A stretch of 64,000 bases of DNA from Octopus sinensis. Lineage: Eukaryota. Below are positions 1 to 13,482 of this stretch, one piece after another. The notes beneath the pieces are model-generated. The model was not told the origin of the DNA, ran no database searches, and saw only the letters and a list, made by a program, of their open reading frames with translations. The stretch's first letter is position 1. Each line of letters starts with the position of its first letter. Made by a program: the position numbers and the translations under genes. The stretch covers positions 37,014,001 through 37,078,000 of the forward strand of contig NC_043007.1 in the NCBI RefSeq assembly GCF_006345805.1. The letters run 5' to 3'.

Positions 1-360
1 TTCAACCGGCCGGGAGAAGTGGTGGTGAGGCGCGGGTGCCCACCGTTTCGGTCTACCCTCGCGCCCCACGTCGCGTCCGGGAAGCATGGCCCCCTCGTCG
101 CCCGATGCCGAATGAGAGTCCGATGACAGACGCGTGGCGGGGAGCTGTCGGTTCCATCCAGTCGGTCTCCCTTCGATTTGACCCCGCGTCGGCGGATCAG
201 TGGCGTACGCCGGATTAATTAATTTTACCCTTTATTATTATTGATAATATAATTCATTCCTTGATAGTAAACTGAAGTTTTTGCGGGATTACTCGTAGCA
301 GACGTGGGGGATTGGGGAAGAATGCGAGTTTTCACTCGTTTGTATACATTCGGAAGTACT
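1..360. promoter_or_regulatory. CpG/GC-rich block cut by the window edge; possible promoter or first exon
   Basis: Sharp GC and CpG enrichment at 1-215 against an AT-rich background. A stop-free minus-strand frame runs from ~230 to position 1, with gccATG at 87-85 (MLPGRDVGREGRPKRWAPAPHHHFSRPVE...). No family recognised. Confidence 0.35.
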
Positions 361-1520
361 GGGTTTGGGATATTACCTATTCGATGGCGCTTGGTCGAAT
401 ACATATTTTAATTAATAGTACTCTCAAATTTATAATTGAAATACTATACTGAAGACGGAAATAAGTGAGTAAAAATAATTTTACATCTCTTTAATCCAGA
501 AACGCGTATATAGTTGATCAAAGCCGGATGGATTCGTTATTTTTTTCTCTTTACCTGCGTGAAGTGGGAGTATTGCTGTCTGGGAGATATCTTATGGTAG
601 TGGAATAGTATTTAACTGTTATTTCTAAATTTCGGTATGTAGTGAACAATTTTACTGAACCATAATTATAATTATGCTGATAATTACAGAATTTTGTATT
701 ATATATATAGATATCTATATATACTATATATATATATTATCATTATTGATTAATAAATTATATATAATCGGGCGGTGCCTAGCATAGCAATGTTGAATCC
801 GAGATCAACATTAAAACCATTGGCTATGCACTATTTATTTTTACAATCCGAAGATAAACATTTCTTATACACACTAAAATATTTAGAGGACTGACTACTC
901 TATAATATTGGACAAGCGGTGTATGCTCTAGAATATAGACGTCAAACTCGAAGAATTGTGTTCCGTTTTGCTGAATTGTATTTTTGAATATATCATTGCG
1001 TATATATTAATGGCCAGTTTGACCTCTATTTATAAGATATATATTATATATATATTAGTATATACGCACACGTCACACTCCCACTACATCAAAATATGGA
1101 AATGAATTCACGTTATAAGCAATTCTTCTTAAGTGCATAACGGATTGCAGCATAATTTTATTAATTGCTTACGCAAATAAATTCTTTTACGTTAATTGCA
1201 CATGATATTATTTTTTTCCGATTTTGATTTGTCAGAGTAAAATGTAGCATAAAATTTGACATTTGATTTTGTATAAATTTAAGTGATTCAGGAAATTTCT
1301 CTTTCCACGATGTCATTTGTCAGCTATTCATGTTTATGAAAAACTGATATCAAAAGAGCCAGATGTATTCAAACCATTCTTACAATTTCAATGAATTGAA
1401 GACTATGAAATTTCATTTCCATTCTCAAACCAAATGTGAATGGATGCTATTTCCTCGTTTTGATTTTCTGCTACTTTAACAATTAATTAACCCAAATAAT
1501 ATATATAATATATAGATACG

Positions 1521-1957
1521 CTCTTTACTTTGTTACTTGTTCAGTCAGGGACTGCGGCCATGCTGGAGCACCACCTTAGTCGAGCAATTCAACCCCGGGA
1601 CTTATTCTTGAGAAGCCCAGTACTTATTCTATCGGTCTCTTTTGCCGAACCGCTAAGTGACGGGGACATAAACACACAGCATCGGTTGTCAAGCAGTGCT
1701 AGGGGAACAAACACAGACACACAAACTACACACACAACACCACACACACCCACACACACACACACATACATATACTATATTGACATATATACGACGGGCT
1801 TCTTTCAGTTTCCGTCTACCAAATCCACTCACAAGGCTTTGGTCGGCCCGAGGCTATAGTAGAAGACACTTGCCCAAGGTGCCACGCAGTGGGGACTGAA
1901 CCCGGAACCATGTGGTTGGTAAGCAAGCTACTTACCACACAGCCACTCCTGCGCCTA
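1521..1957 (-). mobile_element. tRNA-derived CORE-type SINE (family B), full length
   Basis: Head GGCGCAGGAGTGGCTGTGTGGTAAG, B-box-like GGTTCAGTCCC, CORE-like CACCTTGGGCAAGTGTCTT, internal (TA)/(GT) microsatellite, tail ...GGTGCTCCAGCATGGCCGCAGTC; many copies in the window. Confidence 0.85.
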
Positions 1958-1973
1958 ATATAATTATATATAT

Positions 1974-2019
<46 letters not shown>

Positions 2020-2147
2020 ATATATATCTATTATAATATATAATATACATAATAATGTATATTATATAATAAAATATAATACATAATATATCTGTATATA
2101 TATATGTATGTGTCTATCCTATCTATATTTATGCACACATACATACA

Positions 2148-2224
<77 letters not shown>

Positions 2225-2248
2225 TATATAATACACCACACACATATA

Positions 2249-2312
<64 letters not shown>

Positions 2313-2800
2313 ATGTTCTGCATGGCCTTAGTTATTATCATTGAGTAATACGTAATACAAAGCGTGTAAAAGTCATTGTCGAGACGAATGAATTCTGCCA
2401 AAGATAAATGAAGAATATAAAAGCGAATTGAAAGCCTCGTAGGGGATATGTCGAATGATTGTCAAGCCAATACATATCAATAGAAAATAGATTGAGAGTG
2501 GGTGTAGCATATGTAAATTATGCACACACGCACAATTTTTGTGGCTGTTGTTGGTATTGATGTTGATGTTGTTGTGGTTGTCTAGTGAAATAATGGCTGA
2601 GCTGAAATAATGGGATTGTAGTTGTTGAAACATTGAATCTTGTTTTAGCTTGGGTAATTGAAGAGTTGGAAAGAGAATTGAAAAACCTCGTATGGATTAA
2701 GTGAAAGGAGTGCCGTACCGATACCTGTCAATAGAAAGAGGTAGCTTGGTTTGAGTAGCACATTTGTGAGTGTGTGTGATATTATTATTCAATGCCCTTA

Positions 2801-3520
2801 TACCTATTTCTTTACTATCCACAGGGGGATAAACATAGAGGGGACAAACAAGGACAGACAAACAGATTAAGTCGATTATATCGACCCCAGTGCGTTACTG
2901 GTGCTTATTTAATCGACCCCGAAAGGATGAAAGGCAAAGTCGACCTCGGTGTAATTTGAGCTCAGAACGTAACGGCAGACGAAATACCTACTTCTATTTC
3001 TTTACTACCCCCAAGGGGCTAAACACAGAGGGGTCAACAAGGACAGACAAACGGATTAAGTCGATTATATCGACCCCAGTGCGTAACTGGTACAGACGAA
3101 ATGCCTATTTCTTTATTACCCACAAGGGGCTAAACACAGAGGAGACAAACAAGGACAGACATAGGTATTAAGTCGATTACATCGACCCCAGTGCGTAACT
3201 GGTACTTAATTTATCGACCCCGAAATGATGAAAGGCAAAGTCGACCTCGGCGGAATTTGAACTCACAACGTAACGGCAGACAAAATACCTATTTCTTTAT
3301 TACCCACAAGGGGCTAAACACAGAGGGGACAAACAAGGACAGACATAGGTATTAAGTCGATTACATCGACCCCAGGTCGTAACTGGTACTTAATTTATCG
3401 ACCCCGAAAGGATGAAAGGCAAAGTCGACCTCGGCGGAATTTGAACTCACAACGTAACGCAGACAAAATACCGTTAAGCATTTCGCCCGGCGTGCTAACG
3501 TTTCTGCCAGCTCGCCGCCT
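2801..3520 (-). mobile_element. Head-to-tail multimer of tRNA-derived SINE family A
   Basis: One full head (GGCGGCGAGCTGGCAGAAACGTTAGCACG, B box GAGTTCAAATTC) followed by about 3 more 5'-truncated units in tandem. Confidence 0.85.
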
Positions 3521-3659
3521 TTCCATGCTAGCACGGGTTGGACGGTTCGGCAGGAACAGAGTAGAGTGAGAGCTAAGGTGGTCTTCAGTGCCCTTCAAAA
3601 TTGCGTTCGCCCGCGCTTACAAACACACACACAAACACACATACACACACGCACATGCA

Positions 3660-3695
<36 letters not shown>

Positions 3696-4851
3696 TGTAT
3701 GTATGTATGTATGTATTGGCCACAAAAGCAGAGGAGTTGTGTAATCACATTTATTAGCTTACATCTGTTTCGGTTATAAGAAACTGTGCAGCAAGAGATG
3801 CAAGAAACTCGCTGCGAGTACACATCAATGGCAAGGTGCAATGAGGTCGAAATGCATCAGTTATTCCCGGTGGGGCGATTTTCGTCTCCCCACGACATGT
3901 TCTGTGTCTGTCACGTGATGGGATTGGATAGCCCGTATAAAACCAAAAGGACTTGATCATCATAATACCAGGTCTTGGGACCACTTATAGTAAACACGCG
4001 TATTAATTAGCTAGGGTAATTAAGGCTAAACAGCCGAATACTAAACGTACTTCTGCTATATGAGGTGTGTGTGTGTGTGTGAGTGTGGTGTGTGTGTGTT
4101 GTGTGTGCGTGTGTGTGTTGTGTGTGTGGTGTGTATGTGTGTGTGTGTGTGTGTGTGTGAGTGAGTGTGTGTGCCTATGTGTGTTTGCCAATATTTGTGT
4201 ATACACTCGTTCCCGTCGACCAATTTCACTCAGAAGGCATCATTCGACACGACGAAAAAGACGTGTACCCAAGATATCACACAGTGGGACTGAATCCGGA
4301 CTTAAACCACGTTGTTATGTATAAAATCACGAAGCAACATTCCAAGCCATACGGCTATACCTGTGCCTACGTGTGTAAAAGACTCACCGACAACAGTTCA
4401 TCGACAATCAATTCCATTTAAAAGAGAAAAATATTGTGACTGTATAGAAAGGACAAAAAAAAAGAGACTTTAAACTACGAAACTAATGAGTCTATCTTTT
4501 TTATATTTAATAGGCTTAGCTCAAATTTTTCGTATTTTCAAATGAATTTTTTATGTATAATTGGTATTTTGAAATTAATACCGGAATTATAAAAATCCTC
4601 GTATTAATTAATAATTTGCCATCAAATGGATATGTTAACTGATCAGTTGTTGTGTTGGTGGATATAATAATTGATAAATTGCTGTGTGGTCACACACAAA
4701 TACAGTCACGCGCCTGCGTACACACATGAACAGAACCATAGACACAAGTATATATGCACATACAATATAAATGCTTGCGTATGTAGCTACATATGTGTAT
4801 ATGTATATACATATGTGTGTGCATCTACACACACACACCACACACACACAT

Positions 4852-4917
<66 letters not shown>

Positions 4918-4928
4918 TATAATATATA

Positions 4929-4959
<31 letters not shown>

Positions 4960-5232
4960 ATATATTAATATATTAAAAAACGCCGAAACAATGCATTGTC
5001 TAAAGATGAATAGGGTAAATGTTTTTTAAATTTTTCCTTAGATTTCGGAATTACTACTATTTGCGGTTGGAGCCCTGGCTGCTCTTTCTAGTGGGTCGAA
5101 CGGCCTATTGTAGCCGTTCCTCAATTGTTGTTGAATTTATTCATAGTCTCTGACTATTTCCTCTTTCTCACTAGACCGCTGGTGGCAAAATAATTCCTAT
5201 CGAATTTTTTGCTACACTAAATTGATTAATTG

Positions 5233-5260
<28 letters not shown>

Positions 5261-5263
<3 letters not shown>

Positions 5264-5577
5264 AGCTTGTTCCTTCTCGAGCCACGCCTATCTCATAGGG
5301 CCGGTTTCACACGGTTTCTTGGCGTATAGGTTCCCCACCTGGACGGGACGCCGGTCCGTCGCAGGTGACGGCAACATGCAGGGGGAAAGAGTGAGAGAAC
5401 AGTTGGGGCGAAAGAGTCAGCATAAGTTTCGCCTCGCCATTACCTTCTGCTGGAGCCGCGTGAGAGTTTAGGTGTTTCGCTCATAAACACACACATCATC
5501 GTCCCGGTCTGATTCGAACCCGCGATCCCTCGACCGCGAGTCCGCTGCTCTAACCACTAGGCCATGGCCTCCTCCAC
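5261..5577 (-). mobile_element. tRNA-derived SINE, head D + tail 1 variant
   Basis: A box TGGCCTAGTGGTTAG, B box GGTTCGAATC, body ...GAGCGAAACACCTAAA, tail CCGGCGTCCCGTCCAGGTGGGGAAC. Confidence 0.75.
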
Positions 5578-5645
5578 ACACACACCACAACACACATTCA
5601 CACACGCACGCACACACACACACACACACACTCACAATATATATA

Positions 5646-6491
5646 CGAGGTCTGATCAATATGAATCCGGACTGTTGCCATATTAACGAAGCTAAACCAT
5701 ACAGTGTAAAACCTTTTGGCAAAGAAGGAAGGTGTGTAGTGTGTGATCGTCGCATTGACCATGACTGAGAAAGTTGTCATGGCGATACGTGCTCAGAGAC
5801 TTGCCCAAAGTTGCAGAAAGTGTATTGAGAGGAGTGTATGAGCCACATACAAGTATGCGAGTGGTCCAGACGTTTCCAAGATAGTCGAAAAATGTCAATA
5901 TTGATGAACTTTCTGGGAGACTCGCAACCAGCAGAATTGAGAAAAACATCGCAGATGTGCGTGCAGCTGTGAAGGAAAATGGTCGAATCACCACCCGTGA
6001 GTTATCAGATGTTCGAATTAGTTACAGTTCAGTTCAGTCCATTATTACTGAAGATTTGGGTATTAGTTACGGTTCAATTCAGTCCATTATTACTGAAGAT
6101 TTGGGTATGTCTGCCAAATTTGTGCCAAAAGTGCTTTCAGCTGACTAAGAAGATACTCGGGTTTCGGTTGCACAAGATCTCCTTGATTGTTTAGAAAGAT
6201 GAAAACTTTTTGAAAATTTTACGTAGGCCTCTGAGCAGGTATTGCCAAGCTTTTGGCAAAATTTGATGCAGATTCTCTGTTCAACTTTCTCTGTCATGGT
6301 CAATGCGATCATCACACGCTACACACCTTTCTTCCGAGCACTGCTGTAAACAGCAGAAGTAAGTTAGGACGATCAAACTTAGTGCGCATGCACAGCAGAG
6401 TTGAAGGTCAATCATTTCCAAGCGGCCTCGCTCTGCGTGCTTTAACTTCATTCCTATGGTAACAATCTTAATACTTATTGATCAGGCTACT
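5646..6491. mobile_element. Non-autonomous mariner derivative built from two inverted 5' ends
   Basis: TA on both flanks, degenerate TIRs (..TCTGATCAATA). Plus-strand N-terminal transposase remnant (RITTRELS, SIITEDLG, SAKFVPKVLS). An inverted copy of the 5' UTR and start region lies at ~6215-6491. Confidence 0.75.
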
Positions 6492-6759
6492 TATATGTAT
6501 AAGGCTCGTGACATCAATGCCTTTTTTTTTATATCTCTGTGTCTGCGTTTAAGCATATCGTTGCGTGTGACCGCTGAATTCTGTGGTAAATGACATTTGT
6601 ACCCTGTAATACCAATATCTGGCTGATTACTATAAGGTGCGAGACAACAAGATTTCACTGTGATAAAACTACAATTACATCTTAACGATTCCTTGTCTGA
6701 ATGGCTGATAGAATAACTATACCTCAAAAGTGTTAGCAAACTTTTGAAGAACTGTTAAC

Positions 6760-7135
6760 AAGCCTGTAACACTATAACAATTTTTTTTTGTCTTTGGCCA
6801 GACGCGTTATTTTCTATTTGCTTCTGTCTAGAAAAAAAAAAGGAAATGACTATTATTCTCTTCAAACTTTGCTTTCGTGACCTGAACATCAATGTTTTGA
6901 AATTGACCTATTTTCCATTACATTCCAAATAGATTCAGCGCTGAGTTGCTGAAGCAGAAATATCGTTCTAGCAAATATTCTGCTCAGTACCACAGATTTG
7001 CTTGTCATTTGTTTGATTTTAACCACTTGAGCATGTCCCTTAGTGGCTGACAATATGTGCATCTCTAATCATGAGCAGGAGTAGTGAGGAAGCATCATAG
7101 CCATGTTTTGAGAGGGATTCTTTGGGGTTTGAATG
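6760..7135 (+). mobile_element. Fragment of an unclassified dispersed repeat (family F; (TAA)n-tailed in other copies)
   Basis: 6973-7135 aligns by eye with 46435-46595 (AAATATTCTGCTCAGTACCACAGATTTGCTTGTC...). Confidence 0.6.
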
Positions 7136-7446
7136 AATGCAACAAATGCAATGTTTTGAAGGAAATATTAACAAGTTTTCATACTTTCTAGGGGTAATCA
7201 AATAGGGAATAACAGTCCTTATCCAAGGACATAAATCGTGTTACATAATGTAATTTATTATATTGTCTAAAAACAAAATCAATCGCTTTTCCTTTTTACT
7301 TTTTATATTAAAATTTTTTCTCTCGATTCATTATTCTTCTTGATTATCAATTCAAACCGGGATTTGTTTTGTTTTGTTTTGCTTGTAATTTGCAAATATA
7401 ACCATGTAAACATGCTCGACACAATTTAGATATAAATTATTGATAA

Positions 7447-9724
7447 CACTGGTCAACAAGTATTTTTCATCAAGCATATGTCAAGGTGTACTTAGTGTAG
7501 TTTTTAATGCTGATTTCAAAAATACAATTAGTTTTTTGACAACACGTACAGTTTTCAAGATGAGAAAGCATTTTGGGTTTAGCTCATGCATTATATAGAA
7601 ATTCCAATGAATGGCGTGTATGCATGTATTTCATTTAAATCATAGAAGCATACCTTTAAAATAAACTATATTATTCATTGCTGCATAGTTTAGATGCAAT
7701 AGTTCATCTTGGATTACCAATCAAGTTTTGTCTGATGAAACAGGTATTTCAACATCTCAAATTGTCCAGTCATAATTGGTCTAACGAAATATTTCCTCAT
7801 CTCAAATTCAATATTAGTATCTATTTCCTTACTTGTTTTACAGAGTTAACAATACCAAGACAGTGTAGAAATCGTCCTGATTTTTTTGTTATATCTGCGG
7901 ACAATTTATTGTGAAAGCTTAAAAACGTACAAAAACACCAGAAATCAAGAAATAACTTGCCCTGGAGATCATCTGCTCAACTTACTCAAATGGCTTACGT
8001 GACTGGTTCAATAATAAGAAGTCCATGCCTTTTGCCATTCCAATGATATGGAAGGAGCCAAATACCATTTTAATGGTATTTTTGGAAAGTAAAAGTTATA
8101 GAATTTTCTCTGAAGAATAAACGCAAAATTGTGTATCGCAATTTGGATTCTGCAATGAAACCTGTGCCACACAATGGAAGTCTGCCAATTCCAGTTCCAC
8201 CAGATGATGGTGTTGAAACATCAGATGATGATGTTGACTGTCACGATAGTGCTGCTGGGGAAGGTTACGTGGCTGATGACAACAGTTTTGAACCTCAGAA
8301 ATTTGCCCAAGCTGAATTGAATGACCTTGTCAGAGACCTATCCCTCTCAAAAGATAAAGTAGAACTGTTGGCACCAAAACTGAAGGAGAAGCATCTGCTA
8401 GAGCACGGTGTTCATATAACTTATTTTCGGCAAGAAAGTGTGATTCTACAAGCGTGTTATTTTTCTGTTGAAGGCCCGCTTTGCTTTTGCAGTAACATCG
8501 ATGAACTTTTCGAATGTTTATCATAAAATCATGATCCTGCAGAGTGGTATTTGTTTTAAACGAAGTTTAAAAGCTGTACTTCTCCATAATATTAATTTGA
8601 AGCCCTCCATTCCTATTGCACACTCTGTTCATCGTCATGAATCATATGAGAATATGGAACTTTTATTTCATGCCATTGCCTATGAAAGATACTCATGGAA
8701 AATATGTGGAGATTTAATAGTCATTGGAATGTTAATGGGAATGCAGTCAGGTTTCACAAAATACTATTGTTTCTTGTATCAATGGGATAGTCGAACAACT
8801 GACAGACATTATTCGGAATCAAACTGGCAGACGAGAACTTCATACCAACCAAGAATACACTTCATCTAATGTCCTATTGCCTCCTTTGCACATAAAGCTT
8901 GGACTGATGAAACAGTTTGTAAAGACACTAGGGAAGAGAAATGCCATAATGTTTGAGTATATTGTAAAAAAATGTTTCCCAAAATCACACAGGCGAAGAT
9001 ACGTGTATCTTTGTCGGGCCCCAAATTAGAGTACAAAAAGATGTCAATTTCAAGACAACACTGGATGAACTGGAACTGTTTACCTTGAATGTTTTCAATT
9101 GGATCTGTTAGTATTTCTTGGGCAACAAGAAGGCAATAGACTACAAGGTTGACATCAAGAATCTTCTGAAATGTTACTCAGCAATGGGTTTTCGCATGTC
9201 ACTGAAAGTTCGCTTCTTGGACTCCAATCTGGAGTTCTTGGCAGATAACCTTAGAGTAGTGTCTGATGAGCATAGTGAAAGATTTCAGTAGGACATTAGT
9301 GCTATGGAGAAACGGTAGCAAGGTTTCTGGAATGACAGTATGCTGGTTGACTACTGCTGGATAATTTACCGTGATCAACCAGATCAAGAACACCACAGGA
9401 AATCCAAATCACGATGTTTGTAACTCTGTTGTTCTAACTTTGTTTTGTCTGACCCATTTTTTGTGTATTCACTCTATGTAGAATGATAGTGATGATTTTT
9501 AACTCAATAAACTCATTTACTTTCTAAAAATAATATGTCTTTAGTTATTGTGTTATAATGATTTCATATATACAAATACATAAATATTTGCATGTATCTA
9601 CTGAAAAACTGATAGGTGTTGCATACGAATGGAGGGAAATTTTGAAATCAGTATGAAAACTTAGTCTAACGAAGTTGTTTTGCAATCATAATGAGTATAA
9701 TACATTAAATTTTGTTGACTTGTG
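7447..9724 (+). mobile_element. Chapaev3-like (CMC superfamily) DNA transposon, near full length, transposase disrupted
   Basis: Termini CACTGGTCAACAA / TTGTTGACTTGTG with TAA on both flanks (3-bp TWA TSD). Fragmented ORF with FCYICG, MPFAIPMIWKEP, LNDLVRDLSLSK, LKAVLLHN, KICGDL, LMGMQSGFTKY, PPLHIKLGLMKQFVK, SDEHSERFQ, MLVDYCW. Confidence 0.8.
7860..9420 (+). pseudogene. Chapaev3-type transposase pseudogene
   Basis: ORF pieces 8131-8526 and 8468-8869 plus flanking frames carry the family motifs; multiple frameshifts and stops. Confidence 0.75.
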
Positions 9725-10039
9725 TAATTTAAGTATCTGCAGCAAATAACTTTTATACATAATTCTGAAGAGTCGAACTTCGATACGTATCAAATTTATC
9801 GCATGAATAGACAGTTGCATATATTCTTGCATAATAAAACAATTCTAATGTGGTTGAATTCAGATGAAACAATTGTAAATTAATGTAATAAAAAGATTGA
9901 TCCACGCCATTCTCTTTGTTTATAATGGTAAAAACTGCGATTATGATTTGAGTTTTAGATAGGTGCTTGATACAAACTCTCTCTTCTCTTACACACACTT
10001 TTACTCTCTGTCACATACACCAACATACACCTACGCACA

Positions 10040-10649
10040 TAGTATCCCTCACACACACACGCACACACACACACACACACACACTCTCTCTCTCTCTCTT
10101 TCTCATTCATATTCTCTCTCTTTCCATCTTGCTCTCTCAGTCACTCTCTCTCACACACATTCAAATTCTCTCTCTTTCTATCTCTCTCTCTTAGTCTCTC
10201 TCTCACTCACTCACTCACTCTCTCTCTATATATCCCATTCACACACACACACACACATACACACACACTCACGCACATAGTCTCCTTCACACCCTCTCTC
10301 CCACACATTCATATTCTCTCGCTTTCCATCTCTCTCTCTCTCTTAGTCTCTCTCTATCTCACTCTCACTCACTCTATGTCTTTATCTCTCATACACACAC
10401 ACACTCTCTCTCTCTCACACACACACTCACGCACATAGTCTCTCTCACTTTCATATTCTCTCTCTTTCCATCTCTCTCTCTCTCTTGGTTTCCCTCTCGC
10501 TCACTCTCTCTCTCTCTCTCTTGATCTCCCTCTCGCTCACTCTCTTTCCCTCATACACACACAGCGTTTATTTATTTCAACCTGAGCCTGTACCTCTCTC
10601 CCTCTCTCTCTTTCTCTCTCTCTCCCTCTCTCTCTCTCTTTCTCTCTCT

Positions 10650-10695
<46 letters not shown>

Positions 10696-10700
10696 AAACG
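10040..10700. repeat. (CT)/(CA) low-complexity compound microsatellite
   Basis: Direct inspection; includes an internal imperfect duplication. Confidence 0.9.
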
Positions 10701-11109
10701 CTTCCTGTCTGACTTTATCAAATTACATGGGACGTTGTGCGCGATTACAACTTCATCATTGGTGTCTTATGAGTGACTCATAACTCATTTACCGTTTTTC
10801 TTCCATTACATTAACAAATTTGATTAATCAATTTAATTTAATTCATATTTTTATGAATTTTTAATTAAGGCATTTTATTTACACATCTAAATTTAATATC
10901 ATTTCTAGAATATATTACTGCATTCTTATGGGCGCGAAACCGATTGCATCTTTGGAGTTAAACGCTTTTGTTCTCGATAATGTCGTAAATGTTGTTGCTT
11001 AGCAACAGGTGCGTCTTGATCAAGCATATATATGATCAAAGCCCTTCCAGTCGTGACCATCACGTCTGTTTATATCAGAGACTACATTGTTCAACGTATT
11101 CGTCTATAT

Positions 11110-11513
11110 AGGCGTAGGAGTGGCTGTGTGGTAAGTAGCTTGTTTACCAACCACTTGGTTTCGGGTTCAGTCTCACTGCGTGTCACCTTGGGTAAGTGTC
11201 TTCTACTATAGCCTCGGGTCGATCAAAGCCTTGTGAGTGGATTTGGTAGACGGAAACTGAAAGAAGCCCGTCGTATATATGTATATGTATATATATATGT
11301 GCGTGTGTGTCTGTGTCTGTGTCCCCTCCCCCAGTATCGCTTGACAATCGATGCTGGTTTACGTCCCTGTAACTTAGTGGTTCGGCAAAAGAGACCGATA
11401 GAATAAGTACTAGGCTTACAAAGAATAAGTTCTGGGGTAGATTTACTCGACTAAAGGCGGTGCTCCAGCATAACCGCGGTCAAATGACTTAAAAAAATAA
11501 AAGAATAAAAGAA
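11110..11513 (+). mobile_element. SINE family B, full length
   Basis: Same head, CORE-like body and tail as 1521-1957; ends in (AAAAGAAT)n. Confidence 0.85.
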
Positions 11514-12542
11514 TTTAAAACGTCATGGTGTGAACCGAAAGAAATTTGGCCGCTACTTGTTGTTAATCAAGTGACCACGTGGAGGCTCATTTGTTAGCTC
11601 ATTGTTATCTAAGACCTTCCAGTTAGGACCATCTCACATATGCTTTATGCATAGTCTATCTCGGTCTGCTCTGTCCATTTTCTTTTTAAAATTGTAAAAT
11701 ACGATTTGAGAAGGATTCAGCAGTTACTTCTCGCAGTCAAGTAATTACGTAGAACCTTCCCCTGCTCCCTGTTGACCCATAAATCTTCTATATTATAACC
11801 ACAGGACAATTGAACTCACTCTTAGTACTTTATATCTCTTGGTATATGGACCTCCAAAGAACAATAGTGTTGTGGTGGGTCTCCAAGATTTTATCGAGAT
11901 TTGAACTCACACAAGTAACTTGCTCTATGATTATATGACTTCTCGAACAACTGCACGAGAGACCTTATACGTTGTTGCATGACCTGCTAGAAATAACACT
12001 CACATTTTCTTCAAATCCTACCCTTCTGTCTTTAGAAAGGAAGGATAAATCTGGATAAAGTTATTCTGGATACACTCTGTTTTTTATTTTGTTGATTTTT
12101 TGTTTCCTTTTCATGTTTTTGTCTTTTACTTTTCACATGTTTCAGTCATCCTAAGCGCCAACGGTACTTACTCTATCGGTTTCTTTTGCAGAATCCTAAC
12201 AACGGTTGTCAAGCGGGGGTGGGGAAAAACACAGACAAAAAGACACACACACACACAAATATATATATGTGTGCGCGTACGCACGTGTAACATCGCCTGT
12301 TTTTCCGTCCTTGTTTCGTATACATTCGATCCTTTTTCCAAGGAATCTAATTCTCTTAACTTAGTTTTTCCTTGGGGCTGGCCAGATTGGAGCAATCTCA
12401 AGATTAATCAGCCGAAATTACGAGGATGATCCGGTTCTTGACTGAAGATTAAAGGCTTCGAATGACCCCTCCGTGTTTTTTGTATCGTCTATCTAGATGT
12501 TTTGCGTTCGTGTCCCATTTTGTATTATATATATATATATAT

Positions 12543-12588
<46 letters not shown>

Positions 12589-12967
12589 CGGGCTTCCACA
12601 CATCGCCTACTTCACAGAAGCAATTTGTCGACCTGGGTCTATAGTACAACACACTTGCCCAAGATGCCAGGCAGTGGGACTGAACCTGAAACTGCGCGAT
12701 AGCGAAGCGAACTTACCCACACAGTCATGTTTAGGAGAATAAAAAGACAGGATATCCCGACTAAGAACGACATTGATCATAGCTCTTTTACTGAGGGCTG
12801 ACCTGAGAAAACAAGGGAAAAAGAGAGCCGAAAAAGGAAATTTAAGGCTGTCTCCTGACCTGCTGGAAATGTCGCCAAATCACCAGCAATTATAACCCTA
12901 TTGCTTTTAAAAAGTAGGAAAGCACGTTATGTAATATAATTTTACGTACATTATGTCCGATTTGAAG

Positions 12968-13482
12968 TGGAGACGCTTGGATTAGTGGTTAGGGTGTCAG
13001 CATCATAATCATAAGATTGTGGTTTCGATTCCTGGACTGGGCGACACGTTGTGTTCTTGAGCAGAACACTTCATTTCACGTTGCTCCAGTCCACTCAGCT
13101 GGCAAAAATGAGTAACGCTGCGATGGACTGGCGTCCTGTCCAGCTGGGGAACACATACGCCATAGAAACCGGGAAACCGGGCCCATGAACCTGGCTAAGC
13201 TTTAAAAGGGCGCATTTATTTAGTGGAGGCGCGTGGCTTAGTGGTTAGGGTGTCAGCATCATGATCATAAAATTGCGGTTTCGATTCCTGGACCGGGTGA
13301 CACGTTGTGTTCATGAGCAAAACACTTCATTTCACGTTGCTCCAGTCCACTCAGCAGGCAAAAATGAGTAACGCTGCGATGGACTGGCGTCCCGTCCAGC
13401 TGGGGAACACATACGCCATAGAAACCGGATAACCGGGCCCATGAGCATGGTTAGGCTTTAAATGGGCGCATTTATTTTATTT
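12968..13482 (+). mobile_element. Dimer of tRNA-derived CORE-type SINE family C (tail 1)
   Basis: Two similar monomers (12968-13221, 13223-13482) flanked by one 18-bp direct repeat ATTATGTCCGATTTGAAG (12950-12967, 13483-13500). Confidence 0.85.

Noticed and set aside
1-220. rRNA or rDNA fragment
   Set aside because: GC-rich, but I recognise no conserved 18S, 28S or 5.8S motif.
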